A stretch of DNA of 64,000 bases, from assembly GCA_038523235.1 (NCBI GenBank), contig JBCBJQ010000004.1, positions 64,001-128,000 of the forward strand. Direction: 5' to 3'. Below are positions 21,922 through 32,093 of the stretch, in pieces; position 1 is the first letter of the stretch, and each line of letters opens with the position of its first letter. The notes under the pieces are model-generated. The model worked only from the letters and a program-made list of their open reading frames with translations, was not told the origin of the DNA and did no database searches. The position numbers and the translations under genes are program-made. The DNA is from Cyanobacteria bacterium J06626_4. GTDB taxonomy: Bacteria; Cyanobacteriota; Cyanobacteriia; Phormidesmidales; Phormidesmidaceae.

Positions 21922-24144
21922 CTAAAACTCAACTGGCGTAACCACTGGAATCCGCTCCACCTTTTCAGAGGCCGGATCATACTGACCATTCTCTTCTACA
22001 TCTAAGATGTCTTCTCGCTGTTGAGCGGTTGTCAGCGCGACGTCGGCACCATTGATAACAGCCCCCAAGACCCGAACATCTTCTTTCTCTTCGAGTTCTT
22101 CTAGCATGGCCTTTAACACTGGCTTTTTCGTATAGTTGGGGCGACTCACAATCACCATGCCATCAGTTTTGGGCTCCAGCAAAATGGCATCATTGCTACC
22201 GACAAAGTGAGGTGCATCGAACACTACAAAGTCGAATCTCGCTTTCGCATCCTGAAGAAACCGGGACATTTCGCTGGAATCAAGGATTGCCGCCGGATTG
22301 CTCTGAGGCCCAGGACTGGGTGTGATGTAGAGGTTGGCCACATAGGGCACCATCTTGAGCGGCTCCGAAAGCCGCCCACCGTAATAGCGCAGCGGTTCAA
22401 GCGTCGATTCATGGTCAGGCTGCACTCCCAGTCGAGCGGCCTGAGAGCCCCTTCTGAAGTCCATTTCGACAATCAATGTGCGACGTCCAGCCCGCGCAGA
22501 GGCGATACCCAAGTTGTAAGCTGTGGTGGTTTTGCCTTCTTGGACAGAACTACTGGTGACCAGAACAGTTTTGGGGACCTGCCCTTCATTGATCGTCAGA
22601 CCAGAAATTTGAATGTTGCTGCGCAAGCGTTCATAAATATCCGCACAGGGATGGTTCGCATCCGTCATAAGCACTGGATAGCTACGCCGCGGGTTGGTGG
22701 CAGGCACAATTCCTAGTAAAGGAATATCTTGATCGTCGAACAGATTTTCGAGATCCTCGAAAATCCGAATCGTTGGATCAAGCATATCGAGTAGATACAC
22801 AATGCCACCACCCAGTCCTAAGCCCACCAGTGAACCAATGAGTAAAATCACAATGGGGTTCGTTGGGGTTTCAACCGGCAAGGGTGAGGTAGACGGCGGA
22901 CTGGCTACAGATAAGCTGCTGACCGTTTCGGCTTCAGCGGCTTCAGCGTCAATTCGCTTGGCTTGTACCTGGTCATATAAGGCTCGTTTTAACGCCACCT
23001 GCTGAGCTAAGCGATCGCGCTCTAGCTGTTTGTTCGGTAAGCGAGCATAGGCCTCTCGCAGCTGCACTTCTGACTGTTGCAGCACTTGCTGCTGCGTAAT
23101 CAAAGCATCACGTTGGGTATCCAGCCCCACCAGTTGGTCAGCTAATGCTGCCCTAGCCGGATCTAAATTGCTGTTTTGACGGACGGCATTAGCGCTGGGC
23201 AGGGCCGCCAACCGGCCGCCGCCGCCGATGAGTTCAGCGGCTCGTTCGCTCAGCTGTTGGTTAAAGACACTTAAATTATTCTGCAGCTCAATCATGGTGG
23301 GATGAGCCGGGCGCAAATCTTTGGACAAGATTTGCAATTGCGATTCGACATCATAAATTTGGGCTCGCAGTTGAGCCAGAATGGGGTCGGCGCTTAAGGC
23401 TGATGACGCGTAAGCGGCCTCAGGAGAGAGTCCCAATCGTGCCTGCAGGTTTTGCATTTGAGCATCAATGCCTGCCAGCGTAATCAGATTTTGCCGCCGT
23501 TGATTTTGGCTGCTTGAGATGGCGGTTAGCAAACTGCCATCCAGTGCGGCTTGAATGGCTGGCCCTTCCAAGCGATCGTAGGCTTCCAGCGCCTGTTCTG
23601 CTTCTCTGAGTTCAGTCTCAATATCAGGCAATCGCTCATTTAAGGCCGATACGATTGTACCTAAACGAGCCCGGTTAGTTACCCGACTCAGCTCTACCAT
23701 GCCCTGAAACAAAACCGATAAGACCGCTTCAGCTTCTTCCGGGTCGCCAGCAGTGTATCCCACGTTTACGCTCTGTAGGGCACCGCCTTCTTCCCCGGCC
23801 GTTTTAATATTGATATTAGTATTTTCCCGGATTTGGTTCGGCGCTATTTCGAGCCCTCCGGCAGCTAACTGGGTCGCTACTTGCTCCAGCAAAATATCGG
23901 CTAATAAAAAATCTCTAGTGATAATTCCTTGACCTTGCTGCTGCAGCTCGACCCCAGTGGTGGTAAACGAAACCACTGGGGTATTTTGCACCAAGACCCC
24001 TTCTGACTTGAATTTCTCTTCGATCGTCGGCTCCTGCAAGGCAAAGAGACTTGAGACCCCTACAGTGCCTAGAAAAGCGGCTAGCCCTACCCATTTGTAT
24101 CTTTTGAGAGCTAGACCATACCGTTTGAGGAGAGGCATTACCAT
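21922..24144 (-). CDS. Wzc/GumC-like polysaccharide co-polymerase with BY-kinase-like C-terminal domain
   Basis: Two TM helices flank a coiled-coil periplasmic region. YERLRSNI, Walker A SSSVQEGKTT and Walker B VVFDAP are present. Confidence 0.9.
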   Translation of the reverse strand: MVMPLLKRYGLALKRYKWVGLAAFLGTVGVSSLFALQEPTIEEKFKSEGVLVQNTPVVSFTTTGVELQQQGQGIITRDFLLADILLEQVATQLAAGGLEIAPNQIRENTNINIKTAGEEGGALQSVNVGYTAGDPEEAEAVLSVLFQGMVELSRVTNRARLGTIVSALNERLPDIETELREAEQALEAYDRLEGPAIQAALDGSLLTAISSSQNQRRQNLITLAGIDAQMQNLQARLGLSPEAAYASSALSADPILAQLRAQIYDVESQLQILSKDLRPAHPTMIELQNNLSVFNQQLSERAAELIGGGGRLAALPSANAVRQNSNLDPARAALADQLVGLDTQRDALITQQQVLQQSEVQLREAYARLPNKQLERDRLAQQVALKRALYDQVQAKRIDAEAAEAETVSSLSVASPPSTSPLPVETPTNPIVILLIGSLVGLGLGGGIVYLLDMLDPTIRIFEDLENLFDDQDIPLLGIVPATNPRRSYPVLMTDANHPCADIYERLRSNIQISGLTINEGQVPKTVLVTSSSVQEGKTTTAYNLGIASARAGRRTLIVEMDFRRGSQAARLGVQPDHESTLEPLRYYGGRLSEPLKMVPYVANLYITPSPGPQSNPAAILDSSEMSRFLQDAKARFDFVVFDAPHFVGSNDAILLEPKTDGMVIVSRPNYTKKPVLKAMLEELEEKEDVRVLGAVINGADVALTTAQQREDILDVEENGQYDPASEKVERIPVVTPVEF

Positions 24145-24212
24145 GACTACGACCGCAAGATAGAAGGGGCAACAATTTTAGACGAACGTCAGAACTCGAC
24201 TAAGGCTCATCG

Positions 24213-25664
24213 TTAGGGGCCAAATAAGCTCTCGCTGGAATTGGCTAACTCGTCAAAGAAGAGTAGAAACCCTAGAACATCCCTGAATGGCTGAGTAAAG
24301 GTGTTTAAAGCATAGGTCAATTTAGCGAGCACTGTGCGGTTAACGATGATTACATCATTCTCCTGCAGCGGTGGGTTTTCCGAGGGAATACCGCGAAACG
24401 CTTCGTTGCCATCCAGCGTAGTTGTGACCGCACGACCCGCCTCTTCATCAAATCGAATCAACGCCACCTCACCCAGGTTGGAAGTGTCGGGATTCAAACT
24501 GGCTCGAACCAGCGCATCGGCAAACCGACTGCCGTTAGGCAGGTCGATCGCGGTGAGTGAGCCAGAAGTTGCCCCGCCTAGATTGCCGCTGCCGTAGTTC
24601 AAAAAACGAACGGTAATGATTGGTGTCGCCAGGGTGGAGCGCGATACCAACTCTCGATCATAGTCGTCTAAAGCTGCTGGGTCGAGCCGTTCTACCAAGA
24701 TTACATCACCATCTTGTAACGCCACGTTCGGCAGTTCTTGCCCTTCCTTTAGAGGAGTGAAAAGGTCAATGGTTTGTTCCAAAAGCTGCCCGTTGGGTAA
24801 GCGCCGTTGCACCAAAACTGAGCGCAAGTCGGCGGTTCCAGTTGTGCCACCGGCAGTCAACAGTGCCGCCGAAATTTGTGGCGCCCCTAATGGGTAATAA
24901 CCTGGCCGCACAACTTCGCCTAAAATCGTCACCTCGACGCCTCGCTGCGCTACCAGCGTCACACTCACGTCGGGATCGACGACGTACTGGTTATAGATTT
25001 GGCTAATTAGACTTTCGGTTTCTTGTATGGTCAGTCCGTTAAACGTAGTCACGCCTTGCAGCGGCACGATCACATTGCCTTGGATATCCAGCGTGGCCTG
25101 AAAGCTCAAGTCAGGAAATTGACGGACATTGACGAAAAATGAGTCGCCTGGTCCCAGTCGGTAGGTATCAAAATCAGGCGGTTGTTGTGTGCCCAGGAGG
25201 CTGTCTAAAAATGGGTTGGCGGTGGGTGACTGCGGTGGTACTGTCGGTACCTGGGTGGGATTGGCACGCGGTAAAGGCGCTGTGTAGTCAGGATCAGGTG
25301 TCAGCTCAGCAGTGGGCGTTAGGTGAGGCTCAACGTCAGCGGGCGCTGATTGCTCTATGACCGGAGCAGGCGGTTCATCGGCGAGCTGTAGCGGTACCGA
25401 TTCCGCAAGGTCAGATGATTCTGTTGGAGATAATAAATTTTGCTCCGAAGCTGAGTAGTGGTCTAGGGGCGAATCGGCTTCAGCAATCTGCTCCGGCACC
25501 GTCGAGAGCAAAGCATCCTCTACAGGTGCATCAGTCATCGCCCCGATCGCGGCGGTGGCTCCCAGGCAAACCAAGGCAGCAGCAGTGGCCCCTGAACTGG
25601 TGTAGTGACCCAGCCTCAGCCATTGAACATGAAACTTCGAGTCCTTCGCAGGCATATCAATCAT
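24213..25664 (-). CDS. Wza-like polysaccharide export protein (Poly_export + SLBB)
   Basis: YRLGPGD, VTILGEVVRPGYY and LQDGDVI motifs after a Pro-rich N-terminal linker. Confidence 0.9.
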   Translation of the reverse strand: MIDMPAKDSKFHVQWLRLGHYTSSGATAAALVCLGATAAIGAMTDAPVEDALLSTVPEQIAEADSPLDHYSASEQNLLSPTESSDLAESVPLQLADEPPAPVIEQSAPADVEPHLTPTAELTPDPDYTAPLPRANPTQVPTVPPQSPTANPFLDSLLGTQQPPDFDTYRLGPGDSFFVNVRQFPDLSFQATLDIQGNVIVPLQGVTTFNGLTIQETESLISQIYNQYVVDPDVSVTLVAQRGVEVTILGEVVRPGYYPLGAPQISAALLTAGGTTGTADLRSVLVQRRLPNGQLLEQTIDLFTPLKEGQELPNVALQDGDVILVERLDPAALDDYDRELVSRSTLATPIITVRFLNYGSGNLGGATSGSLTAIDLPNGSRFADALVRASLNPDTSNLGEVALIRFDEEAGRAVTTTLDGNEAFRGIPSENPPLQENDVIIVNRTVLAKLTYALNTFTQPFRDVLGFLLFFDELANSSESLFGP

Positions 25665-25803
25665 GATTGACGGATCAAAATCACTGTGAAGTCAAACAAC
25701 AAACGCCATCGCCCCATTTAAGCACAGTGACTTCTTATCTCTATTTTCAGCGTCACCGCAAATGGTCGGGATGCTCTGTGTGCAATCTAGCCGATCGTCC
25801 TAT

Positions 25804-26526
25804 TTATTCGGTGATCAAAGCAGACTCAAGTAAGCTCTGCTGGACTGTTTCGGCGATGGCCGTCATCTGCTCGGTGTGGACGCGGATATCACCCACTGGC
25901 TCAATCGGGAGCAAAATGCTGACTGCGACCCAGGGCATCCGCTCTCGCTGCTGCCACTGCTGCCTTTGATCAGCCCAAAACCACTTGCCCGGAGCATAAT
26001 GTCCGCCAGTGGGCCAGGCATACCACTGCATAACAGCAAAGGTATTTCTACCATCAAGCGCTCGAAAGTATTGAGTTGTGATCTTGACCGGCTGCCCCTC
26101 AGCGGGCACTGAAAATCGCACCACCTGCCGGTCGTTGATTTGCCAGCTCTGAGAGCCTTGCATATCGACCCATTCCACTTCAGGCTGTTGATCCGCAGAC
26201 ATTTGCGGCCGCATTAACAAGCCAAATGTCGAACCAGGTCCCTCTGTCCCACCACTGGCCAGCTGATACTCAGCCAGACTCCAAGGACGGCGACCAATGC
26301 GCACTTCTTGGTGTGAAGACGACTCCCAACCCGGTAGCGTTAGCGGCGCTTTGAGGAGGGATTTGATCTCAGTGGTGTCAGCAACTGGCAGTGGCGTGCT
26401 CCACGGCCACTGCCCGCCGATGTAACCGGGTAAGGTGACCATCGCGACTAGCGCTGCGAGCATGATCACGAGAACCCACTGAACCACGGACTTAGGCGTA
26501 GAAATTCGCTTCACAGCTTCTGACAT
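25804..26526 (-). CDS. Cyanoexosortase B system-associated protein
   Basis: N-terminal TM, PGY..GQWPW, QPEVEWVD and QWYAWP.GG motifs; directly downstream of the exosortase. Confidence 0.85.
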   Translation of the reverse strand: MSEAVKRISTPKSVVQWVLVIMLAALVAMVTLPGYIGGQWPWSTPLPVADTTEIKSLLKAPLTLPGWESSSHQEVRIGRRPWSLAEYQLASGGTEGPGSTFGLLMRPQMSADQQPEVEWVDMQGSQSWQINDRQVVRFSVPAEGQPVKITTQYFRALDGRNTFAVMQWYAWPTGGHYAPGKWFWADQRQQWQQRERMPWVAVSILLPIEPVGDIRVHTEQMTAIAETVQQSLLESALITE

Positions 26527-26556
26527 GAGGGCGGTTTCCTGAACGATAGGTAACGT

Positions 26557-27459
26557 CTAAACAATTGACTGGTTATTGGTCGTAAAAGAGAACTGCTCCG
26601 GTACGTACTGTTGGATCAGGCGCAACACGAAAATAAGGGAGACGAGCAATATGGCTGAATATAGATCGCCGCCCCAGCTATCATGCAGCCAGACAAAGGC
26701 AGCTTCATTGTCGGTACCGTGAAAGTAGCTCAACAGGGTGTTGCGAATGATATTGCCCACAACGCTGACGCCCACCGTCGCGGCCAAAAAGATGCTGGTT
26801 CTGAGACGGGAAGGCCAAACTCGATTCCAGTAAATCAGCATTAGGGCTACGTAGAGACTGGTAAATAGCATCTTGAGGCCAGCGCAGTGGGGCGCGACTT
26901 CGACCATACGATCGTTCACTAGCAGATAGATTTGATCGACCGTCACATCAACCCCCCCTTGCATTAATAAAAAACCGGCTACGGTAGCGATAAAGCGCTG
27001 TAGTGGCAGGATGTAGGGCTCGATCAAATAAGGGAGCTGACTGGGTGTTGCAAGCACGACTAAGGCTAGCGGAAAGCCCATCAGTTTTAAGCCCGGCAAA
27101 CCTTTGAGGCTGAGACAGAGACCGGCCAGCATCAGCGGCAACGAAATATTCATCCAATCGGATAGCTGACTCAGATAAAGAGCGCTACCCAAGGCCAGCA
27201 GTCCGAAGCCAGCTGGGTGAAATTGCTCAGGGAGTCGTTGCCATTGCGGACGTTGGCTCCAGGCGATGTAAGCTGCGAACGGCAGACCGATCATGCCATG
27301 ACTGAAATACTCGTGCTGAATGCTAATCGATTTGTTGAGCCAGCCCTCAACCCAATGCCACAGCAACGGGCCATACATCAAGACCAATAAGCCGATCAGA
27401 GCTATCGATGGGGGTGACAGCGATAAACGGTTTTTAGAGGATGGAATACTGATAGACAT
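26557..27459 (-). CDS. Cyanoexosortase B (exosortase family)
   Basis: Multi-TM protein with SISIQHEYFSHG and the catalytic Cys/Arg/His in VAPHCAGLKML, NIIRN and WLHDSWGG. Confidence 0.9.
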   Translation of the reverse strand: MSISIPSSKNRLSLSPPSIALIGLLVLMYGPLLWHWVEGWLNKSISIQHEYFSHGMIGLPFAAYIAWSQRPQWQRLPEQFHPAGFGLLALGSALYLSQLSDWMNISLPLMLAGLCLSLKGLPGLKLMGFPLALVVLATPSQLPYLIEPYILPLQRFIATVAGFLLMQGGVDVTVDQIYLLVNDRMVEVAPHCAGLKMLFTSLYVALMLIYWNRVWPSRLRTSIFLAATVGVSVVGNIIRNTLLSYFHGTDNEAAFVWLHDSWGGDLYSAILLVSLIFVLRLIQQYVPEQFSFTTNNQSIV

Positions 27460-27463
27460 AAAT

Positions 27464-28651
27464 TTATTGAGGTTGCAGAGCAGTGGCAGTTTCTTCGCAG
27501 ATGGGCTCTTGACGAACAGCCTGGGAGATCGAGCTGATCACCCAGTCGGCTTGTTCAGTCGTCATGCCGGGATACATGGGTAGAGACAAAATCTCCTGGC
27601 AGAGGGCTTCTGACTGCGGGAAAGACCCCGGCTGGTAGTTCAAAAACTGGAAGGCGGGCTGCAAGTGACAGGGTACTGGGTAGTGAATGCCACTCTGAAT
27701 CTGATGCTCCTGTAGGACTAGCTGTAGGGCTGTCCGGTCGATGGGACAGTCTTCGGTGATGCGAATGACGTAGAGATGGTAGACATGACCCGCGCCGCTA
27801 TCATTGCGCATCGGAATAATGCCAAACTCTCGCAAGGCCAGCAACTGCTGGTCGTAATGCTGCGCAATCTGATTGCGAGCTTGGTTCCACCCTAGTAGCC
27901 GCGGGAGCTTAAGATTCAACACTGACGCCTGCAGCGTATCGAGGCGGCTGTTAGTGCCCCCTGGCTCGGTATGAAAATATTTGCGGACGGCTCCATAGTT
28001 ACGCAGCGATCGCGTCGTTTGGGCCACCAGTTCCTCCTGGGTGAGGAGGATGCCGCCATCGCCAATAGCGCCTAAATTTTTGCTGGGATAAAAACTAAAG
28101 GCGGCAGCAGTGCCGACAGCCCCGGCTCGGATGCCTTCACGCTCGGCTAGATGAGCTTGGGCCGCATCCTCAAAAATCAATAAATCATGTGCTGTGGCCA
28201 GCTGCCGAAGGCCACTCGGCGACACCATCTGACCATATAAATGAACTGGGACAATGGCGCGAGTCTTGGCGGTGATTGCCGCTGCTGCGGCATCCAGATC
28301 AATCAGCGCCGTATGGCGATTGCAATCCACAAATATGGGTGTGGCCCCGCTGCGCAAAATACCGATGAGCGTGGCCACAAAGGTATTCGCCGGTAATAAA
28401 ACCTCATCCCCTGGGCCGATGCCACAGGCGGCTAGGCCTAAGGCGATCGCATCAGTGCCACACCCGACCCCAACTCCGTAGGCTGCTCCGGTGGCTTCCG
28501 CAAATGCCGTTTCAAACGCTTTGACGGCACCCCCTAAAACGAAGTCGCCTCGTTCTAAAACTGCTGTGAGGGCGGCATGAATATCGTCTTGAATTGGTTC
28601 ATGCTGCCAGGTGAGATCAACAAAGGGAACCTTAGGGACAGATTGCGTCAT
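27464..28651 (-). CDS. DegT/DnrJ/EryC1/StrS family sugar aminotransferase
   Basis: VPFVDL, PVHLYGQ, EDAAQAH, SFYPSKNLGAIGDGG and NSRLDTLQA motifs. Confidence 0.94.
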   Translation of the reverse strand: MTQSVPKVPFVDLTWQHEPIQDDIHAALTAVLERGDFVLGGAVKAFETAFAEATGAAYGVGVGCGTDAIALGLAACGIGPGDEVLLPANTFVATLIGILRSGATPIFVDCNRHTALIDLDAAAAAITAKTRAIVPVHLYGQMVSPSGLRQLATAHDLLIFEDAAQAHLAEREGIRAGAVGTAAAFSFYPSKNLGAIGDGGILLTQEELVAQTTRSLRNYGAVRKYFHTEPGGTNSRLDTLQASVLNLKLPRLLGWNQARNQIAQHYDQQLLALREFGIIPMRNDSGAGHVYHLYVIRITEDCPIDRTALQLVLQEHQIQSGIHYPVPCHLQPAFQFLNYQPGSFPQSEALCQEILSLPMYPGMTTEQADWVISSISQAVRQEPICEETATALQPQ

Positions 28652-29013
28652 AGGAGTGTCGGTGTTAAAGGACAAAATTTATGGCAGGTTCTCTTGTTGA
28701 GTGGAAGATTTCGGAGCTCAGGTCGGGCTCCTGTCAATCAAACACAGCGATTGTTGGCTTAAACGGGCTTCACGCCTTCTGAATCAGAAATGTGAGGCTC
28801 ATCTTTGATTGATACTAGGCAGCATCTCAAGAGACGTGTGCCCTGCGATAATGGTTTCGCAGTTTCATTACAGAGTTTGGGGTTTACTTGATACAGTCTC
28901 TATAAATACGAGTAAATCCCTACCGATTTAACCGATTTATTTGGCTTTAGGGTGCCCGGAGCTACCCCAATCGCAACAGCATTGCTCGTGTCTTCTCTGT
29001 AGGTCTCGCTGCT

Positions 29014-29349
29014 ATGGACTTTGATACCGCTCGTCGGTTTTTGTTAGCCCAAACAATTGCTCCAGTGCCGGGGCAGACCCCCTTTTTAAATTGCTTGCAG
29101 ATGGGGGTGGCGCCAGTCCCAGGGCAAGTCACCTCAATTTTATTAGCCCTTAAAACCGTGGCTCAAACGCTACAAGGTGAGCCCAGTATTGAGCGATCGC
29201 TGGGCTTTGCCTTGTTCCTCTTGGCTTACGAAAGCCGCCAGCTGTATTTACAAGGTCAAACGAAGAATGTGGATTGGCCGCCGTTACTCGACGAAGACTT
29301 AACGCGCATTGCCGAAGCCGTCCGCCAGATCTGGGCCAGCGCCGCTTGA
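29014..29349 (+). CDS. Conserved cyanobacterial hypothetical protein
   Basis: Clean ATG ORF. The PVPGQVTSILLALK and WPPLLDEDL.RI blocks look like a small family I recognise from cyanobacteria. Confidence 0.75.
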   Translation: MDFDTARRFLLAQTIAPVPGQTPFLNCLQMGVAPVPGQVTSILLALKTVAQTLQGEPSIERSLGFALFLLAYESRQLYLQGQTKNVDWPPLLDEDLTRIAEAVRQIWASAA

Positions 29350-29457
29350 TAACGAACGACGGACGCTTGTCAGTCGCATGGCTAGCGGCCACAGTTGTCA
29401 GGTAGCCCGTTAAAGATTGTGATTAGTGCCGCGTGTTTCAACGCTGGCAACAATCTG

Positions 29458-29488
29458 AAAAAAGGGACGCACTTTACAGTACGTCCCT
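29458..29488 (-). terminator. Intrinsic terminator after the peroxiredoxin gene
   Basis: On the minus strand, an AGGGACGT...GCGTCCCT stem is followed by a T run (A run on the + strand). Confidence 0.7.
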
Positions 29489-29520
29489 ATCAATAAACCG
29501 GTATGGTTCCTCAGGTCAAA

Positions 29521-30156
29521 CTACTTATCAGGCTGAGGCGTCATGCGTAGGTAGGGCTTAACCTCAGTCACGCCCTTAGGAAACTTCTTCTTCGCTTCCT
29601 CAGTGGGAATAGTGGGCGAAACCACCACGTCTTCGCCATCTTTCCAGTTGACGGGAGTTGCGACACTGTAGTTGTCAGTCAGCTGTAGTGAATCGAGCAC
29701 TCTGAGGATTTCCTGGAAGTTACGTCCGGTGCTAGGCGGATAGGTAATCGTCAAACGCAGTTTGCGGTTAGGGTCAATCACAAAAACTGTGCGGACGGTG
29801 ACCTTGGCATTGGCATTGGGGTGAATCATGCCATACAGGTCAGATACTTTTTTGTCTTCGTCAGCCACGATGGGATAGTTGACGGTAGTACCTTGGGTTT
29901 CGTCAATATCGCCAATCCAACCTTTATGAGATTCGGCCCCATCAACACTCAGCGCGATCACCTTGGCGTTACGCTGCTCAAACTCGCCCTTAAGCTTAGC
30001 AACTTCGCCCAGCTCGGTCGTGCATACCGGGGTGTAATCAGCCGGGTGTGAGAAAAATACTACCCAGTTATCACCCGCCCAGTCGTAGAAATTAATTTCA
30101 CCCTCGGAGGTTTGTTGGGTGAAATTGGGTGCGGTATCGCCCAATTGCAGCGTCAT
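29521..30156 (-). CDS. 1-Cys peroxiredoxin (Prx6 family)
   Basis: FSHPADYTPVCTTELG, YPPSTGRNF and VATPVNW motifs. Confidence 0.95.
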   Translation of the reverse strand: MTLQLGDTAPNFTQQTSEGEINFYDWAGDNWVVFFSHPADYTPVCTTELGEVAKLKGEFEQRNAKVIALSVDGAESHKGWIGDIDETQGTTVNYPIVADEDKKVSDLYGMIHPNANAKVTVRTVFVIDPNRKLRLTITYPPSTGRNFQEILRVLDSLQLTDNYSVATPVNWKDGEDVVVSPTIPTEEAKKKFPKGVTEVKPYLRMTPQPDK

Positions 30157-30378
30157 AAGAAATTCTCTCTGAATCTGATAAGTCAACACGTGGCTACGGT
30201 CGCCACGCTTGCTATCTTGCCATAAACCCCGGTATTCCGGTCGGAGTTTAGAGGTTTATTTAAAAAACGACACTGGTTGCAGATTGCGTGCTCTTAGAAA
30301 AGTCATTCCATGGCTTGCTGTATAGGCGATCCACGGATTTTGTGAGTTCTCTGAAAGGTGAGCAAGACCCCGCCCTCA

Positions 30379-31116
30379 TCAGCCCACCTGAACTTCCGGT
30401 CGCGTCTTGATGGGCTCACCGGCATCGGCATCCAGTAGCCACCACAGTTCTCCCTCGGGCCGAATTTTGCGAGCTGGGAAGGTGTTATCTTCTGCCTCTG
30501 GGGCAAACACCTCGATCAGAGCTGTCTGTTTGTTGCGACCAGAAACCATGAAAATCACGCAGCGGCTACGGTTAATCAGAGGCGCGGTAAAGGTCAGGCG
30601 CGGTTCGCCCGACTTTTCGCCAACGGTGATGAGGCGATCGCTGACTTGCAACGCTGCCGTATGGGGAAACAGCGAGGCCGTGTGCCCATCATCCCCCATG
30701 CCAAGGAGCACAATATCAAAGGCGGGGTGAGCGCTGTTGAGCGCTCGTTGCACCGTCTGGTCGTAAGTCTCAGCCGCATCAGCAACCTGCTCAAAGTGGG
30801 TCGGCATGATGTGGATCTGCTCGGTCGGAATCGCGACTCGATCTAGCCAGGCGGTTTTGGCCATACCGGCATTGCTGCTCGGATCGCTGACGGGGACATA
30901 GCGCTCGTCACCCCAAAAAATTTGCAGCTGGGCCCAGGGTAAATCAGCCTCAGCGAGTGCTTCATACAGTGGTTTTGGCGTGCTGCCGCCCGCTAGGGCG
31001 ATCGCGCAGGTGCCACGCGCCGCGATCGCGGCCTGAATCCTCTCCTTAACCAAATCAAGGGAGCGGTTTACGAGGGCCTGGCGGTCAGGGTAAATTTCGA
31101 TCTGCAGTTGGGTCAT
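30379..31116 (-). CDS. pgl: 6-phosphogluconolactonase
   Basis: ALAGGSTP, FWGDERYVP and LLGMGDDGHTASLFP motifs. Confidence 0.96.
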   Translation of the reverse strand: MTQLQIEIYPDRQALVNRSLDLVKERIQAAIAARGTCAIALAGGSTPKPLYEALAEADLPWAQLQIFWGDERYVPVSDPSSNAGMAKTAWLDRVAIPTEQIHIMPTHFEQVADAAETYDQTVQRALNSAHPAFDIVLLGMGDDGHTASLFPHTAALQVSDRLITVGEKSGEPRLTFTAPLINRSRCVIFMVSGRNKQTALIEVFAPEAEDNTFPARKIRPEGELWWLLDADAGEPIKTRPEVQVG

Positions 31117-31258
31117 AGCCGGAGACAGTATTAGCCAGTCGGTGTTCTGAGACCAGGGCTTTTAGCCCATAGCAATTCAGATTGCAGCGTAAACGATTTT
31201 TAACCCTAATCGAGATTGCTTAAGCTTTACTTTTAGAGAGCGTCATTTTCCTAAGGTT

Positions 31259-32023
31259 TTGACCGTGATTTCAGTTGTGTTGCCCTGTCTGAATGAAATT
31301 CGCCATGGCTATTTGCCCCAAATTATTGAGAACTTGATGGCCCAAGCAGGGCCAAAAGAACTCATTGCCGTCATCAGTGCCAGTGCTGATGGTACGGATA
31401 AATTGCTGGCTCAAGTCCCGCAAATTCGGGTGATCGAGTCTGAGGTCACCAATCGCGCTCAGCGTCTCAATGTGGGCATTGCCGCCAGTCAAGGAGAGGT
31501 GATACTGCTCCACCATCCGGCGACGCTATTGCCGCCCCAGCAGGCGCTAACCCTGATCGATCAGACCTTTCAAGATCCTCAAGTGATGTGGAGTGGGTTT
31601 CGCCATCAGTTTGATTTAGATCACTGGCTGCTGCGATATACCTCCTGGTATTCGACGTTCGTTCGTCCCCAGTTTGGGCGCATCTTGTATCTCGATCATT
31701 GCCTGGCTGTGCGGCGATCGCTGCTGACAGAAATTGGCGGCGTGCCTGAGATGGATATTTTTGAAGATACGGCTCTCAGTCAGCGATTAGGGCAATACAG
31801 CGCTCCAGTGATTTTGCCAGAGTCCGTGGTGACGTCGGCCCGGCGCTATCGCAGTCGGGGCGTTTACAAGCAGGCGCTGCTCAACCAAGCTTTAAAGCTG
31901 ATGTATCACCTCAATATCGACCCGCAGTGGATGAATCGGCTGTACGAGCAAAAAGTCCAAATTAATGTCACCTATCCCGCTCCGAAGCCGCCCAGCGACA
32001 TGCCACCTGGAAAGTTGGGCTAG
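31259..32023 (+). CDS. Family 2 glycosyltransferase, divergent (TIGR04283-like)
   Basis: ISVVLPCLNE, RAQRLNVG, IGGVPEMDIFED and VVTSARRY motifs. TTG or GTG start. Confidence 0.8.
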   Translation: MTVISVVLPCLNEIRHGYLPQIIENLMAQAGPKELIAVISASADGTDKLLAQVPQIRVIESEVTNRAQRLNVGIAASQGEVILLHHPATLLPPQQALTLIDQTFQDPQVMWSGFRHQFDLDHWLLRYTSWYSTFVRPQFGRILYLDHCLAVRRSLLTEIGGVPEMDIFEDTALSQRLGQYSAPVILPESVVTSARRYRSRGVYKQALLNQALKLMYHLNIDPQWMNRLYEQKVQINVTYPAPKPPSDMPPGKLG

Positions 32024-32093
32024 CTGGCCTAGAGAAATAAATGGAATGGCCCCTGTCGTGCTCAGTAGATCCCCCCCGAGTCGTGCCCAGCGT

